37,650 bases of DNA from a virus (Duplodnaviria; Caudoviricetes), in IMG/VR virus record IMGVR_UViG_3300014208_001430, positions 1 to 37,650 of that record; one strand, given 5' to 3'. Of the stretch, positions 1 to 8,850 are shown one piece after another. The notes under the pieces were generated by a model. The model saw only the letters and a program-made list of their open reading frames with translations. It was not told where the DNA came from and made no database searches. How positions within the stretch are numbered: position 1 is the first letter of the stretch; each line of letters begins with the position of its first letter. The position numbers and the translations under genes were made by a program.

Positions 1-948
1 TTACTTGTTAGCGTAAACCCGTGCAACCCTCCGCGCCAACTCCATATCATGCATCTGCACATAAATGCTTGAACTGGCAAGCGATGTATGACCCAAAGTA
101 TTCATCACATCAGCTTGTGCGCCGCCGCTATTAATAATTTCGTGGCCCTTGCGGTGGCGAAAACTATGGCAATTAACTGTCGCAATTCCGGCTCGGTTGG
201 AATAATGGCGTAACATCTCACCTACTCCCTTAATTGTAAATCGTTGGCCTACTTTTTGGCCGGAGCAAGAAATAAAAAGGGCGCATGGATCTATTTTAAA
301 CATTTTACCGCCAATCTCTTCCCTTTTTTCAATCCACTTCTTAAGCGTCTGGTTTGTTTCTTCCGTCCAATACAATTCCCGGAAAGGTTTAAGCCCCCGT
401 GATTTTTCAGTTTTGGCGACTGCCCGGTAAAGAGTAATGCTCTCTTGGTCTGTTGGCACGACGATTGGTTCGGGTTGGACTTCATCGCAATCCAAAGCGC
501 ACAATTCCCCGTTTCTGGCACCGCTATCCCAATACATTTTAATCATCGCCAGATTCCTGATGTGGCGCGGGTCATTCGTATCCGTCGGAATCACATCCAA
601 AAGTTTTGAATATTGGCCGTCATCAGCCACCCGCGGCAAATTGTATTCCTTTCTTGGTATCTCAATAAACCACGGATCAAGAGCTGACACTCCTTTCTTT
701 TGCCAATAATTAAAAAATTTGCGCAGCGCGATCGCTTTGGGTATGAATGTAGCTTTTTTACGTCCAAGCTTTGATTGAAGAGCAAACCAAGATGTAATAT
801 GTTCTTCGGTTACCTCTTCAATTTGCGCGTCATGCATATATAGACAAAATTGGCAAAGAACCAAATCGTAATTTTTAACAGTTAAATCTCGGATTCGACT
901 GTATTGTGCCCAGCGATTAAACTTTTCTATAGCTTCGGATAACATCAT
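1..948 (-). CDS. int: Tyrosine recombinase/integrase (XerC/D-like)
   Basis: Catalytic set intact: R (SGARNGEL), K (TEKS), HxxR (HSFRH), H (LGH), Y (SIYV); SAM-like N-terminal domain. Start placed at MMLSEAIEK (948) because the ATG at 1020 lies inside a structured leader. Confidence 0.93.
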   Translation of the reverse strand: MMLSEAIEKFNRWAQYSRIRDLTVKNYDLVLCQFCLYMHDAQIEEVTEEHITSWFALQSKLGRKKATFIPKAIALRKFFNYWQKKGVSALDPWFIEIPRKEYNLPRVADDGQYSKLLDVIPTDTNDPRHIRNLAMIKMYWDSGARNGELCALDCDEVQPEPIVVPTDQESITLYRAVAKTEKSRGLKPFRELYWTEETNQTLKKWIEKREEIGGKMFKIDPCALFISCSGQKVGQRFTIKGVGEMLRHYSNRAGIATVNCHSFRHRKGHEIINSGGAQADVMNTLGHTSLASSSIYVQMHDMELARRVARVYANK

Positions 949-959
949 AAAAAACGACA

Positions 960-1078
960 AACCGCCGAGATGAATCAGCGGAATGCCGTGCGGAAAATTC
1001 CCGCACTTAAAGTGTAACATTTCCGTTGCTCATCTCAATCTGGGTTTTCCCCAGATGATCCCTTTCGGGACAACGTTA
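960..1078 (-). ncRNA. Structured 5' leader of the integrase (candidate cis-regulatory RNA)
   Basis: Hairpins UCCC-GAAA-GGGA (1059-1070) and AUCUGGG-GAAAA-CCCAGAU (1038-1056); long stem GAGAUGAG/UUCAUCUC (967-1036) enclosing GUGCGGGA/UUCCGCAC. Confidence 0.6.
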
Positions 1079-1094
1079 ATTTATTAATTTGACA

Positions 1095-1124
1095 ATTCTA
1101 TATCATTATTTTTCAACTTGTCAA
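1095..1124 (-). promoter_or_regulatory. Sigma70-type promoter for the integrase
   Basis: TTGACA-N18-TAGAAT on the minus strand, just upstream of the structured leader. Confidence 0.6.
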
Positions 1125-1135
1125 TGGTGTGCCTG

Positions 1136-1164
1136 TTGACTAAATCTTTTTTATCTGCTTTAAT
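1136..1164 (+). promoter_or_regulatory. Sigma70-type promoter for the plus-strand moron genes
   Basis: TTGACT-N17-TTTAAT, divergent from the integrase promoter. Confidence 0.6.
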
Positions 1165-1265
1165 AAGCATAACCTTTTCGCAGAGGCATCCCAAACCGAT
1201 TTCCACCCGGCAGGCATTTCTGCGAGAATGCTTGCCAAATGAAAGCCGGTTTTAACTTAAAAAAT

Positions 1266-1838
1266 ATGAAAAAACTAATTTTGCTTTGTTTGTTGGGTTT
1301 ATCGATGGCAGGATTCGCTTTCGCCTCCGATCGTTATTTAATCGACAAAGAAGGCGCAGTAATTGAGTGCGAAAAAATCGACGCCAACGATTATTATATT
1401 TCGATTAATTGTGTAGGTTATGTTATCGATTTAAGCTCGTTCAGATCGACAGAAGAGTCTATGGTCAAACCGCGACCACTTGCCAATTTCAATGATGGGA
1501 AAAAAACGGAAAGAGATATCGCCTGCTTCAATGACCAATCTTTGGTTGCAGGTAAATGTTATTTTAAAAAGGATTTAACCGACAAATTCTGCCAGAACAT
1601 ATTTGGCATAAATTCAAGGCTTGATGAAAAATCAAAGAATTGTGTTTGCAGGGTCGGATATTCGTTTCAGGTAAGTTCGAATAAGATTACTACTTGCAGA
1701 ATCGCACCCATCACGAAAACTTCCGCGGCCGTTTCAACTTTAAGTTCAACCTCAACCGAGCAAATGCAAAATCAAATAAAGAAGCTTATTGAAATGATCA
1801 ATAAACTAAAAGCGCAGTTGGCGGCAATGAAGAAATAA
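1266..1838 (+). CDS. Secreted Cys-rich protein with C-terminal coiled coil (moron)
   Basis: Signal peptide MKKLILLCLLGLSMAGFAFA; multiple Cys including CVCRVGY; S/T linker followed by heptad tail QIKKLIEMINKLKAQLAAM. Confidence 0.8.
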   Translation: MKKLILLCLLGLSMAGFAFASDRYLIDKEGAVIECEKIDANDYYISINCVGYVIDLSSFRSTEESMVKPRPLANFNDGKKTERDIACFNDQSLVAGKCYFKKDLTDKFCQNIFGINSRLDEKSKNCVCRVGYSFQVSSNKITTCRIAPITKTSAAVSTLSSTSTEQMQNQIKKLIEMINKLKAQLAAMKK

Positions 1839-1843
1839 AATCA

Positions 1844-2119
1844 ATGAAAATCAGATTAAAACAACTCATGCTATATTTTTCTCTTCCGATTTTTGTTTTG
1901 GTCGGCGTCTTGGTTGATAAAATTTTTCATACCGTTGATGCACATTTTTTGATAGTTGCGGGTTTGATTGCGTATTTAATCGGTTATATCCTCGGAGATC
2001 TTCACGGTCTGGATAGAGGGAAGAAAGGACAAATCGAAGAAATCGAACAATGGGAAAAAATCAAGAAAGCGAAGAAAGAAGAAAAAAGATGGTTGAAATC
2101 ATTGCTGGATAAATCCTAA
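1844..2119 (+). CDS. Small two-TM membrane protein (moron)
   Basis: Two hydrophobic segments and a charged C-tail; starts 5 bp after the previous gene. Confidence 0.75.
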   Translation: MKIRLKQLMLYFSLPIFVLVGVLVDKIFHTVDAHFLIVAGLIAYLIGYILGDLHGLDRGKKGQIEEIEQWEKIKKAKKEEKRWLKSLLDKS

Positions 2120-2123
2120 ATAT

Positions 2124-2152
2124 AAAAAGCGGGCTGATTGCCCGCCTTTTTT
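2124..2152. terminator. Bidirectional intrinsic terminator
   Basis: AAAAA-GCGGGC-tgatt-GCCCGC-cTTTTTT between convergent genes. Confidence 0.85.
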
Positions 2153-5100
2153 ATTCAATCGCTTTACTGTATACATCTTTGGAAATTAACTTTTCATCAT
2201 ACAAATCGCTCAAAAATGATTCGTATTCATCCTTGCCGACTTTGCTTTTGTAATTTCCCAGTATCGCCAGTTTCTCTTTATTTGTTTGTGCGTAGGCAAT
2301 CGATTTGAAGATTGCACTCCCCGCCTTTTTCAGGATCTCTTTTTTGAATTTAGCCTTGATATTTTTGGCGCGGTTTTCTTCATCCTCGGTTTCCGGATCG
2401 TGGCCGAGAATATCGCGCACCGCGTTATCGGCTTCGGAATCAAAATCAAAACCGGCTTTATCTTTGCGATATTTGATCGCGTAATTATTGATTACGTCCT
2501 TTTCCTGCAACAACTCGCGCGCCCGCTGTTTGTCGCTCTCCTGTTGTAATTTATTTTCGCGTTCCACCTGTCCGTAATCCGAAATTTTGAAAATTCGATT
2601 GATCCCGGGAAGCAATTGCATTGTTGATTCAAAGGTGGTGTTTTTAGCCGGGTCATAAGTCGTGAATGCCGTCAAACCGTAATTATTGGCCGTCCATTCA
2701 ATCATTTTCTTGGTCGATGCCCATCCTCCCGCGGTAAAAGTCGTCTGATCGATTATGTTGCGTCCCCGGTAATCATCGTAGGGATTTTTTCCTTTGGCAA
2801 ATTGTATCCAATTTGCGCCGGTTGTGATTGCCGGCGTTACTCCCGGACCGCGGCCAACCATAAACCCGAACAGATCGGCAAGTAAGCCAGTTGCATCTTC
2901 TTCATTTTTGGGAGCGGTGATCATCTTCCAAAATAACGCCGAATATACTTGGCCGAATTCATCGTGTGGCAAGCGCGCATAAATCGCCTTGCCAGCGGAA
3001 TCTTCCCCTAATGGAATAACAATATAATTGGTTTTGTCATACTCGCTCATTTTTTCAAATTGGTCTTTTATTTTTTGGCCGAATACCCCATATAGCGCCG
3101 CCGCCATCAATAATTTTGGCAATATATCGATCAGTACGGTTTTGGTCCAATATCCGCCGCGGGTTTTGGGATCGGTTCCCAGCTGCCAATCGCGCTTCAT
3201 ACCCTTGATCATGATATTCGAGAACAACCAAATCTCATTGGAAATCGCTGTTGCGGATCCCCGGACTTTATAATTAGGCGTCCCTGTATATGTACGAACA
3301 TTATGCGCCAATGTTTTGCCGCTTTCGCCATATTTGGCCCGCAACTCTGTACCGGCGATCTTGGACAAGACTTCCAGGGTATTTGACGCAATACTCACGC
3401 CTTCGAAGAAACTGATGATCGGGCGCGCAAGCACAAACCGTTTTGTCCGGCTGTCCTTTTCCTGCAACCCAAAGCGCCGTTCAATAATATCCATTTCGTT
3501 TTCATTGGAATACGCATTTCCCGATTGAGGAGTGGCGATCATTTTTCCCTCCACCAGCGGTCGGGTTTTTTTGTCGAGTTTCCCGCGAGCAAAACGATAG
3601 GCTGACGGTAGCACCTTGCCATAAGCTTTGGTTAATTCAATAATACCGGCCTTAGGAATCGCTTTGAATGTCGCAGACGCATCTCTTTTAAGATTGAATA
3701 TCGTAAACCCGGCGTTCCAAGTCGTGAAGAGCGATTTGGTGATATTATTCACAAACACAGTATTCATAATCCTGCCGATCAAATTAACGGTTGCCACCGA
3801 TTCCCTGTTAAAGATTTCCGCGATCATCGGGTCCACATCATAGCTCGCCATGCGGCCATTTTCCAGCATTTCCAGTTTTTCTTTGCCTTCCCCTGCCTTA
3901 AAAATCGATAGCCGCTTGTCGCGAATCGCTCTCGACTTGGAAATTTCATCCGGAAAATTTGCCGCCAAAAAATCACGCACACTGTTTTTAGCTTTTTGGA
4001 TGTTGTTGAGATTATTGAGCGCCGCCGTTGTTTGGATAGTGGAATAATACGGATTTTTGATTTCCTTGAATGTACCGATTTGTTTTTTAATCGTTCCCGA
4101 AATACGATCGGTCAAATGATCTACCACTCGGAAAGCGGCATAGTTATCCTTGTTTGGCAAAAGAACCTCTTTGAATGTTTTGTCGTTGATCGTCCCCACC
4201 CGCGCACCTTCTTCCACCGCCCTAAACACTATCTCGTGAAAGATTTTAGCCTTTTCTTCCAACACCGCAAATTTTTCCGCGCCGAGGTTCTTCTTCATAA
4301 ACTCCAGTTGCTCCGCCGCCAGTTTTGGGTCAAAACCGCCAGGATTTGCCTTGTCAAACCGTCCCATAATATCGCGATTCAATTCAAGATAATCGCCGAA
4401 ATCCTGATCGTTCAGTCCGGCCGCTTTCAATGATTCGGAAATCTTGCTGTTCATTTCATCGATCATCAAATAATTGTCATTTTGCATATATGACAATTCT
4501 TCCAAAACATAACGGGGGTTCTGGTCTTCGGGAATGATTTTTCCAGCTTTTTCCGCTTCAGAGACCTTTTTAAGCAATGGAAAGTTTTTGTCATCGATCA
4601 ATTGGACAAACCTCGTCCAAAGATGCTTCTCTCCAGCTTCGCGCTTGGCTTCATATTGTTTTTCCAACTCAATCGCCCGCGCTTGGCCCGCGTGCATCCG
4701 TGCTTGCCGCGCCAAGTAAAGCTCTTCTTTGGCGCCATGCAATAAATCCTGAATCGCCCAATATGCTTCGTGCACTTCCGGCTTGTTATTCAATTCCTGG
4801 AAAAACAATTTATAAAAGGTCGGCGCCTTTTCTTCCAAAGTTCCCGGGCTATTCAACAAAACTGAAAGCGCATCGGCGTAAAGCTCCGGCGATGATTTGC
4901 GATAGGCCATAAAATCCGCACTTGGATTATCCCCCAGCGGGCGCCAATAAGTAGAAACATCCCATAGCTCCTTTCTTATCGTTTCATCTTTGATAAATCC
5001 TTTCTTTTGGATTTCCTCCTCGATCGTCGCGCGGGCTTCGTCGTTGATTTCTTTTCCAACAATTTGCCGGGTGTTTTTATCAACTTTTCCCGAAACCCAT

Positions 5101-8100
5101 TCGCCAAATGTGATATTGTGGCGGCGCAAGATATGCTTGGTAACCCGATTGCGGATCGCCTGCTTGATCTCATCGGGAAATCCGCCTTCTTCTTTGCCAA
5201 ACAAAGTTTCGGTTGTTCCGTAAGTTTTTTTAAGAAAATCGCGCAAAGTAAACAAACGGCCGATAATATTCCCCCGTTCCATCGCCTTGTCGGGCAGCCA
5301 GTCAACCAGATGCCCGATCTCATGCGCCAGCGTTTTTGCCGCTTGCACCGGGTCCGCAAATATATCCGCCCTAAGCTTTACTTCCCCGGTGCCCGGATAG
5401 AATCGCCCCCTGGCCCTGCCAAAACGCTTCCTAACCGAAGGAAACTTGCCAGTCAAGTCAACGACCAGCTTCACCAGTTCCGGGGTCTCCACAGGCATTA
5501 TTTTGTCCATATTCCCCATCTTAACCGGCGTCCCGTCGCTGAACAATCCCATATTGGCATACCGAGAACCACCATTTTTGATACCTTTTGCTTCTTCAGG
5601 CGCAACAAAATCAGCCTCTGCGGGTTTTTTGTTGGCTTCGTTCCAGATGTCGGTGAGTTGGGATTTTTGATATTTTACCGAATCACTAATATAATCAGCT
5701 ATTGCAGTGCCACGGCTTTGCTTTATTTTGTTATAAATATCATTTTCGTTTTCTTCTCTCAATGCCCTGGTATTCCAATCCTTTCTTCCTCTTATAAATT
5801 CCCTTTGAGTATTTTCACTCTGGAATGAGGCATCAGTTTTATTCATCAAATCAGCCATATATTCATCTGAATAATCCGAATAAATACTTTTATTCTTTCT
5901 CACAAACTCCTCCGCCGTCTTGTATTTGCGGGCTTCTTGCGCCAAATTAAAACCGCCCTCCGGTTTACCGGAAACAGGCGGTGTTGAAATCGCCGGTTCT
6001 TCTATACCGTTTTCACGTTTTCCTTGATTCCGTTCGAAAGTGCTTGCGCGATCAATTTGGTATTTTGCGTTAGTTCGTTCTTCCGGGCTTCCTGATAATC
6101 CCGTAACTCCGTTGTAGACAGCTTCGCTAATTTTTCCTTGCTTAAAAATTTGAATTGTTTTGGCATAATATTTTTGGGTTAAAGCTTCTGTGTCCCCTTT
6201 ATTATAACCCGTTTTCGGTAATATGTCCAATGCGACCTCCGGATTATCCATTTTTATCTCCTGACCGTTGCCGGCGTTCTCTATAAAACCATAACCGACA
6301 TTCGGATCGGTATTATCCGCCGCGAAATTTCTTCCGACCGCGATCGAACCGGTAACGCGATTAACGTATTCCGGAATATGAACAGTCCTCCCCATCCCAT
6401 TATTCGCGCCATCATTCCACTCTGCCCGCTTTAGCATGCGCTCAAAAGCGACATCCGGGTTGGTATACACCTGAACAATATGCACGTCAAAACCGGCGTC
6501 CTCAATCCTTTTGATGGTTTTATCGATCAGCGCTTGATCGTGGCCGGTAGACTCGATAACGAACGAATATCTATTAATGAAATCCTTGCCGCCAAGCGTT
6601 GCGTATGCGGCGGTGGTTTTCCCAACCGCCGGGGCGCCGACCATTATCAACACGCCATTGTTAGCCTTGCCCCTCTTATCAATTAGCCACTTATCAAAAA
6701 TCTTGTTCCATAAATAATTACTCGCTTTTCGAAAAGCCAAATAATTCGTCCTGTCCTTGTTATATTCTTCAAAGAGTGCCGCCTTAATATTGTCGCCGCC
6801 AAGAAAATTACCCTCTTTTTTCTCATATTCGGAAATCAGCGCGGTCGTTTTTTTAGTCGCGGTTTCGTAACTTTCCGATTCTAACTTTTCATACTTTTCG
6901 TTTTGGGATACTTCTTTTTCCGCCACCGGATTTTCCCGCTTAATTTTTGCCGCGGGTTTGTTCGCCTCCGGGACATATTCTTGAATGGCATCATTGATAA
7001 TTCCTTCAATTTTATCATCGTATTTGTTTTTGATTCCGATTTTTATCCGATCGGAAATATCGCCAATAAATTTAGCCCATCTGTCCGAAGAATGGTTCGG
7101 ATTGTTGTATTCGCCCAAATTAACGCCCGCTTCCCGCGCCTTTTTTACCGCGTAATCTCCAATTGCCAAAATCAAATTGGCGTTATCCTGGCGAATTGCC
7201 GTTGTTGCCGCCGCAAGATCATCGGCATCGTTGCCTTCCGCAACATTCTTCAATAATTTCTCACTCTCGCCAACCCGGTTGGCAAGATCAAGCGTTGATC
7301 CTCCGGCAATATCTTCAACCGTAGGCAAACTGGAAAGACCTTGCTGGACGATTTGCGCCGTTTGAGGCCTCATTACTCCTGTAATGGGAGTTTCCTCGTC
7401 TAACGCCCGTTTTACGGCGTTTGCGGGCTGGCTGATTGTCGGCGTTTGCGACGGTGTGCGCATTTCCTTTTCCCGCGCCAGTTGCTCTGCAAGCCTAACT
7501 TCGAATTGTTTTTGCAAATCGATCGCCGATTTGGAAGTTGCGCTTTCCTCTTTTTTGGCTACCGGCACGGCATCAGCTTTTTGATCACCCGCTCCAGGCA
7601 GATATCCCCGGATAGGCGAAACGACAGGCTTGCCCGAACCGCTAACCGTAGCTTGTGGTTTGCTTTCCATCCCGAAAGCGTTTTTAATTTTGGACCAATA
7701 AGGTTTGTCCGCAATCGTCACCACCTTGCTCATCGGAACCTTAACCGTAACGCCGTTTTTAAGGGCGGCTTTCCATTGAGAGCCATTCATTCCCAGCGAC
7801 TTAACTATGTCCTGCTCCTCGGAAGAAACAATTTTGGTGTCGGCATTGGTCTGCATCTCCCGAATCTTGGTGCCATCGATATAAATTTCATTCGGCAAAC
7901 TATATTTTGTCGTAATGTCTTTAGTTAAGCTTTCCGCGATTTTGGGCGTTGCTTGCCACCCAACATGCGCGATTTTGGCTGTAGTCACAAAATCGGCAAT
8001 CTCGGCCAGCCCCTTTGCCAATTCGCTGGAATTATCCGGCAAAACATCAACAAACCCTTCCGGTTGCAATGGGTTGAATTGTTCACCCTTGGCAGCGGAA

Positions 8101-8846
8101 ATAACCGCTCCTTTGGCCTCGGTCGCGGCTTGCCATCCCGCCAATCCTCCGAGAAATTTGGCAATCGCCGAACCGCCCGCAAGCAATGCCCCGCCGCCGA
8201 ATGTCATCAACCCGATATTCGACGCTCCGCCAATCACTTCCTGCATTGTCGGATTGCCGCGCATCCCCAATTCTTTTGTCAGCGCGTCAAAGTTTTTATT
8301 GACTTGATCATCCGTAGTCGCTTCGGCCGGAATTCCGTATTTTTTGGAAATTTCCCCGATATTTTGCCGCACCGATTCCGCAGTATTGAATCTTGTCGAT
8401 TGGTCTTTACCCAATTTTTCCGCAATTGCCTTGTAATATTGATTATCCAGAATATTTTTAATGGCGCTTACATTTTGCGAGCGGGCCACTTCTTCCTCGC
8501 CGCTCCTAACGAAAGGCCCCTTAACGGTATCCCAAAGTTTATCGCTCCACGATTGCGGTTTTGCCGGTTCTATCGCCATTCCCGAATTGAATTGCCGCGT
8601 TTTTTCTTGCGGCGTCAGTTCGCGCTTCGACACCGGTAAAGTTTCTCCCAATGTCGTTTTATCAGTTTGCATTTTGCCAAAAACCGTACTTTCCAACAGT
8701 GGCTGTTCCGGCTCTTGTTTTCCTGTTTTGCCAAAATCCGAAAGATTGAGTCTTATTTTCGCGCTGTTCGCCCGCGGCAAAACCCCGGTACCCGCCGGTT
8801 GCGATTGCGAAGCCCCGAAATCCGAAAGATTAAGTCTTATTGCCAT
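2151..8846 (-). CDS. Giant polyvalent protein / putative DNA ejection protein (zeta-toxin-like P-loop kinase, HExxH metallopeptidase, LPD38-like C-terminus), 2,231 aa
   Basis: Last gene of the virion module; GAPAVGKTT...FVIESTG...GFDVHIVQV...ERMLKRA...GRTV; TLAHEIGHLVD; C-terminal YDKTNYIVIPLG...YARLPHDEFG region resembling LPD38. Start at MAIRLNLSDFG avoids overlap. Confidence 0.8.
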   Translation of the reverse strand: MAIRLNLSDFGASQSQPAGTGVLPRANSAKIRLNLSDFGKTGKQEPEQPLLESTVFGKMQTDKTTLGETLPVSKRELTPQEKTRQFNSGMAIEPAKPQSWSDKLWDTVKGPFVRSGEEEVARSQNVSAIKNILDNQYYKAIAEKLGKDQSTRFNTAESVRQNIGEISKKYGIPAEATTDDQVNKNFDALTKELGMRGNPTMQEVIGGASNIGLMTFGGGALLAGGSAIAKFLGGLAGWQAATEAKGAVISAAKGEQFNPLQPEGFVDVLPDNSSELAKGLAEIADFVTTAKIAHVGWQATPKIAESLTKDITTKYSLPNEIYIDGTKIREMQTNADTKIVSSEEQDIVKSLGMNGSQWKAALKNGVTVKVPMSKVVTIADKPYWSKIKNAFGMESKPQATVSGSGKPVVSPIRGYLPGAGDQKADAVPVAKKEESATSKSAIDLQKQFEVRLAEQLAREKEMRTPSQTPTISQPANAVKRALDEETPITGVMRPQTAQIVQQGLSSLPTVEDIAGGSTLDLANRVGESEKLLKNVAEGNDADDLAAATTAIRQDNANLILAIGDYAVKKAREAGVNLGEYNNPNHSSDRWAKFIGDISDRIKIGIKNKYDDKIEGIINDAIQEYVPEANKPAAKIKRENPVAEKEVSQNEKYEKLESESYETATKKTTALISEYEKKEGNFLGGDNIKAALFEEYNKDRTNYLAFRKASNYLWNKIFDKWLIDKRGKANNGVLIMVGAPAVGKTTAAYATLGGKDFINRYSFVIESTGHDQALIDKTIKRIEDAGFDVHIVQVYTNPDVAFERMLKRAEWNDGANNGMGRTVHIPEYVNRVTGSIAVGRNFAADNTDPNVGYGFIENAGNGQEIKMDNPEVALDILPKTGYNKGDTEALTQKYYAKTIQIFKQGKISEAVYNGVTGLSGSPEERTNAKYQIDRASTFERNQGKRENGIEEPAISTPPVSGKPEGGFNLAQEARKYKTAEEFVRKNKSIYSDYSDEYMADLMNKTDASFQSENTQREFIRGRKDWNTRALREENENDIYNKIKQSRGTAIADYISDSVKYQKSQLTDIWNEANKKPAEADFVAPEEAKGIKNGGSRYANMGLFSDGTPVKMGNMDKIMPVETPELVKLVVDLTGKFPSVRKRFGRARGRFYPGTGEVKLRADIFADPVQAAKTLAHEIGHLVDWLPDKAMERGNIIGRLFTLRDFLKKTYGTTETLFGKEEGGFPDEIKQAIRNRVTKHILRRHNITFGEWVSGKVDKNTRQIVGKEINDEARATIEEEIQKKGFIKDETIRKELWDVSTYWRPLGDNPSADFMAYRKSSPELYADALSVLLNSPGTLEEKAPTFYKLFFQELNNKPEVHEAYWAIQDLLHGAKEELYLARQARMHAGQARAIELEKQYEAKREAGEKHLWTRFVQLIDDKNFPLLKKVSEAEKAGKIIPEDQNPRYVLEELSYMQNDNYLMIDEMNSKISESLKAAGLNDQDFGDYLELNRDIMGRFDKANPGGFDPKLAAEQLEFMKKNLGAEKFAVLEEKAKIFHEIVFRAVEEGARVGTINDKTFKEVLLPNKDNYAAFRVVDHLTDRISGTIKKQIGTFKEIKNPYYSTIQTTAALNNLNNIQKAKNSVRDFLAANFPDEISKSRAIRDKRLSIFKAGEGKEKLEMLENGRMASYDVDPMIAEIFNRESVATVNLIGRIMNTVFVNNITKSLFTTWNAGFTIFNLKRDASATFKAIPKAGIIELTKAYGKVLPSAYRFARGKLDKKTRPLVEGKMIATPQSGNAYSNENEMDIIERRFGLQEKDSRTKRFVLARPIISFFEGVSIASNTLEVLSKIAGTELRAKYGESGKTLAHNVRTYTGTPNYKVRGSATAISNEIWLFSNIMIKGMKRDWQLGTDPKTRGGYWTKTVLIDILPKLLMAAALYGVFGQKIKDQFEKMSEYDKTNYIVIPLGEDSAGKAIYARLPHDEFGQVYSALFWKMITAPKNEEDATGLLADLFGFMVGRGPGVTPAITTGANWIQFAKGKNPYDDYRGRNIIDQTTFTAGGWASTKKMIEWTANNYGLTAFTTYDPAKNTTFESTMQLLPGINRIFKISDYGQVERENKLQQESDKQRARELLQEKDVINNYAIKYRKDKAGFDFDSEADNAVRDILGHDPETEDEENRAKNIKAKFKKEILKKAGSAIFKSIAYAQTNKEKLAILGNYKSKVGKDEYESFLSDLYDEKLISKDVYSKAIE

Positions 8847-8850
8847 AAAT

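Noticed and set aside
1-60. attL/attR site
   Set aside because: The window begins at the integrase stop codon; no flanking DNA or terminal direct repeat is visible
949-1020. N-terminal extension of the integrase in the ORF track; similar extensions at 8888, 12552, 20230, 24849, 26131 and 37317
   Set aside because: They run into structured RNA or neighbouring genes; downstream ATGs with A-rich leaders fit better
2151-8846. Tape-measure protein or N4-like virion RNA polymerase
   Set aside because: No tail tube genes or tape-measure periodicity, and no RNA polymerase motifs recognised
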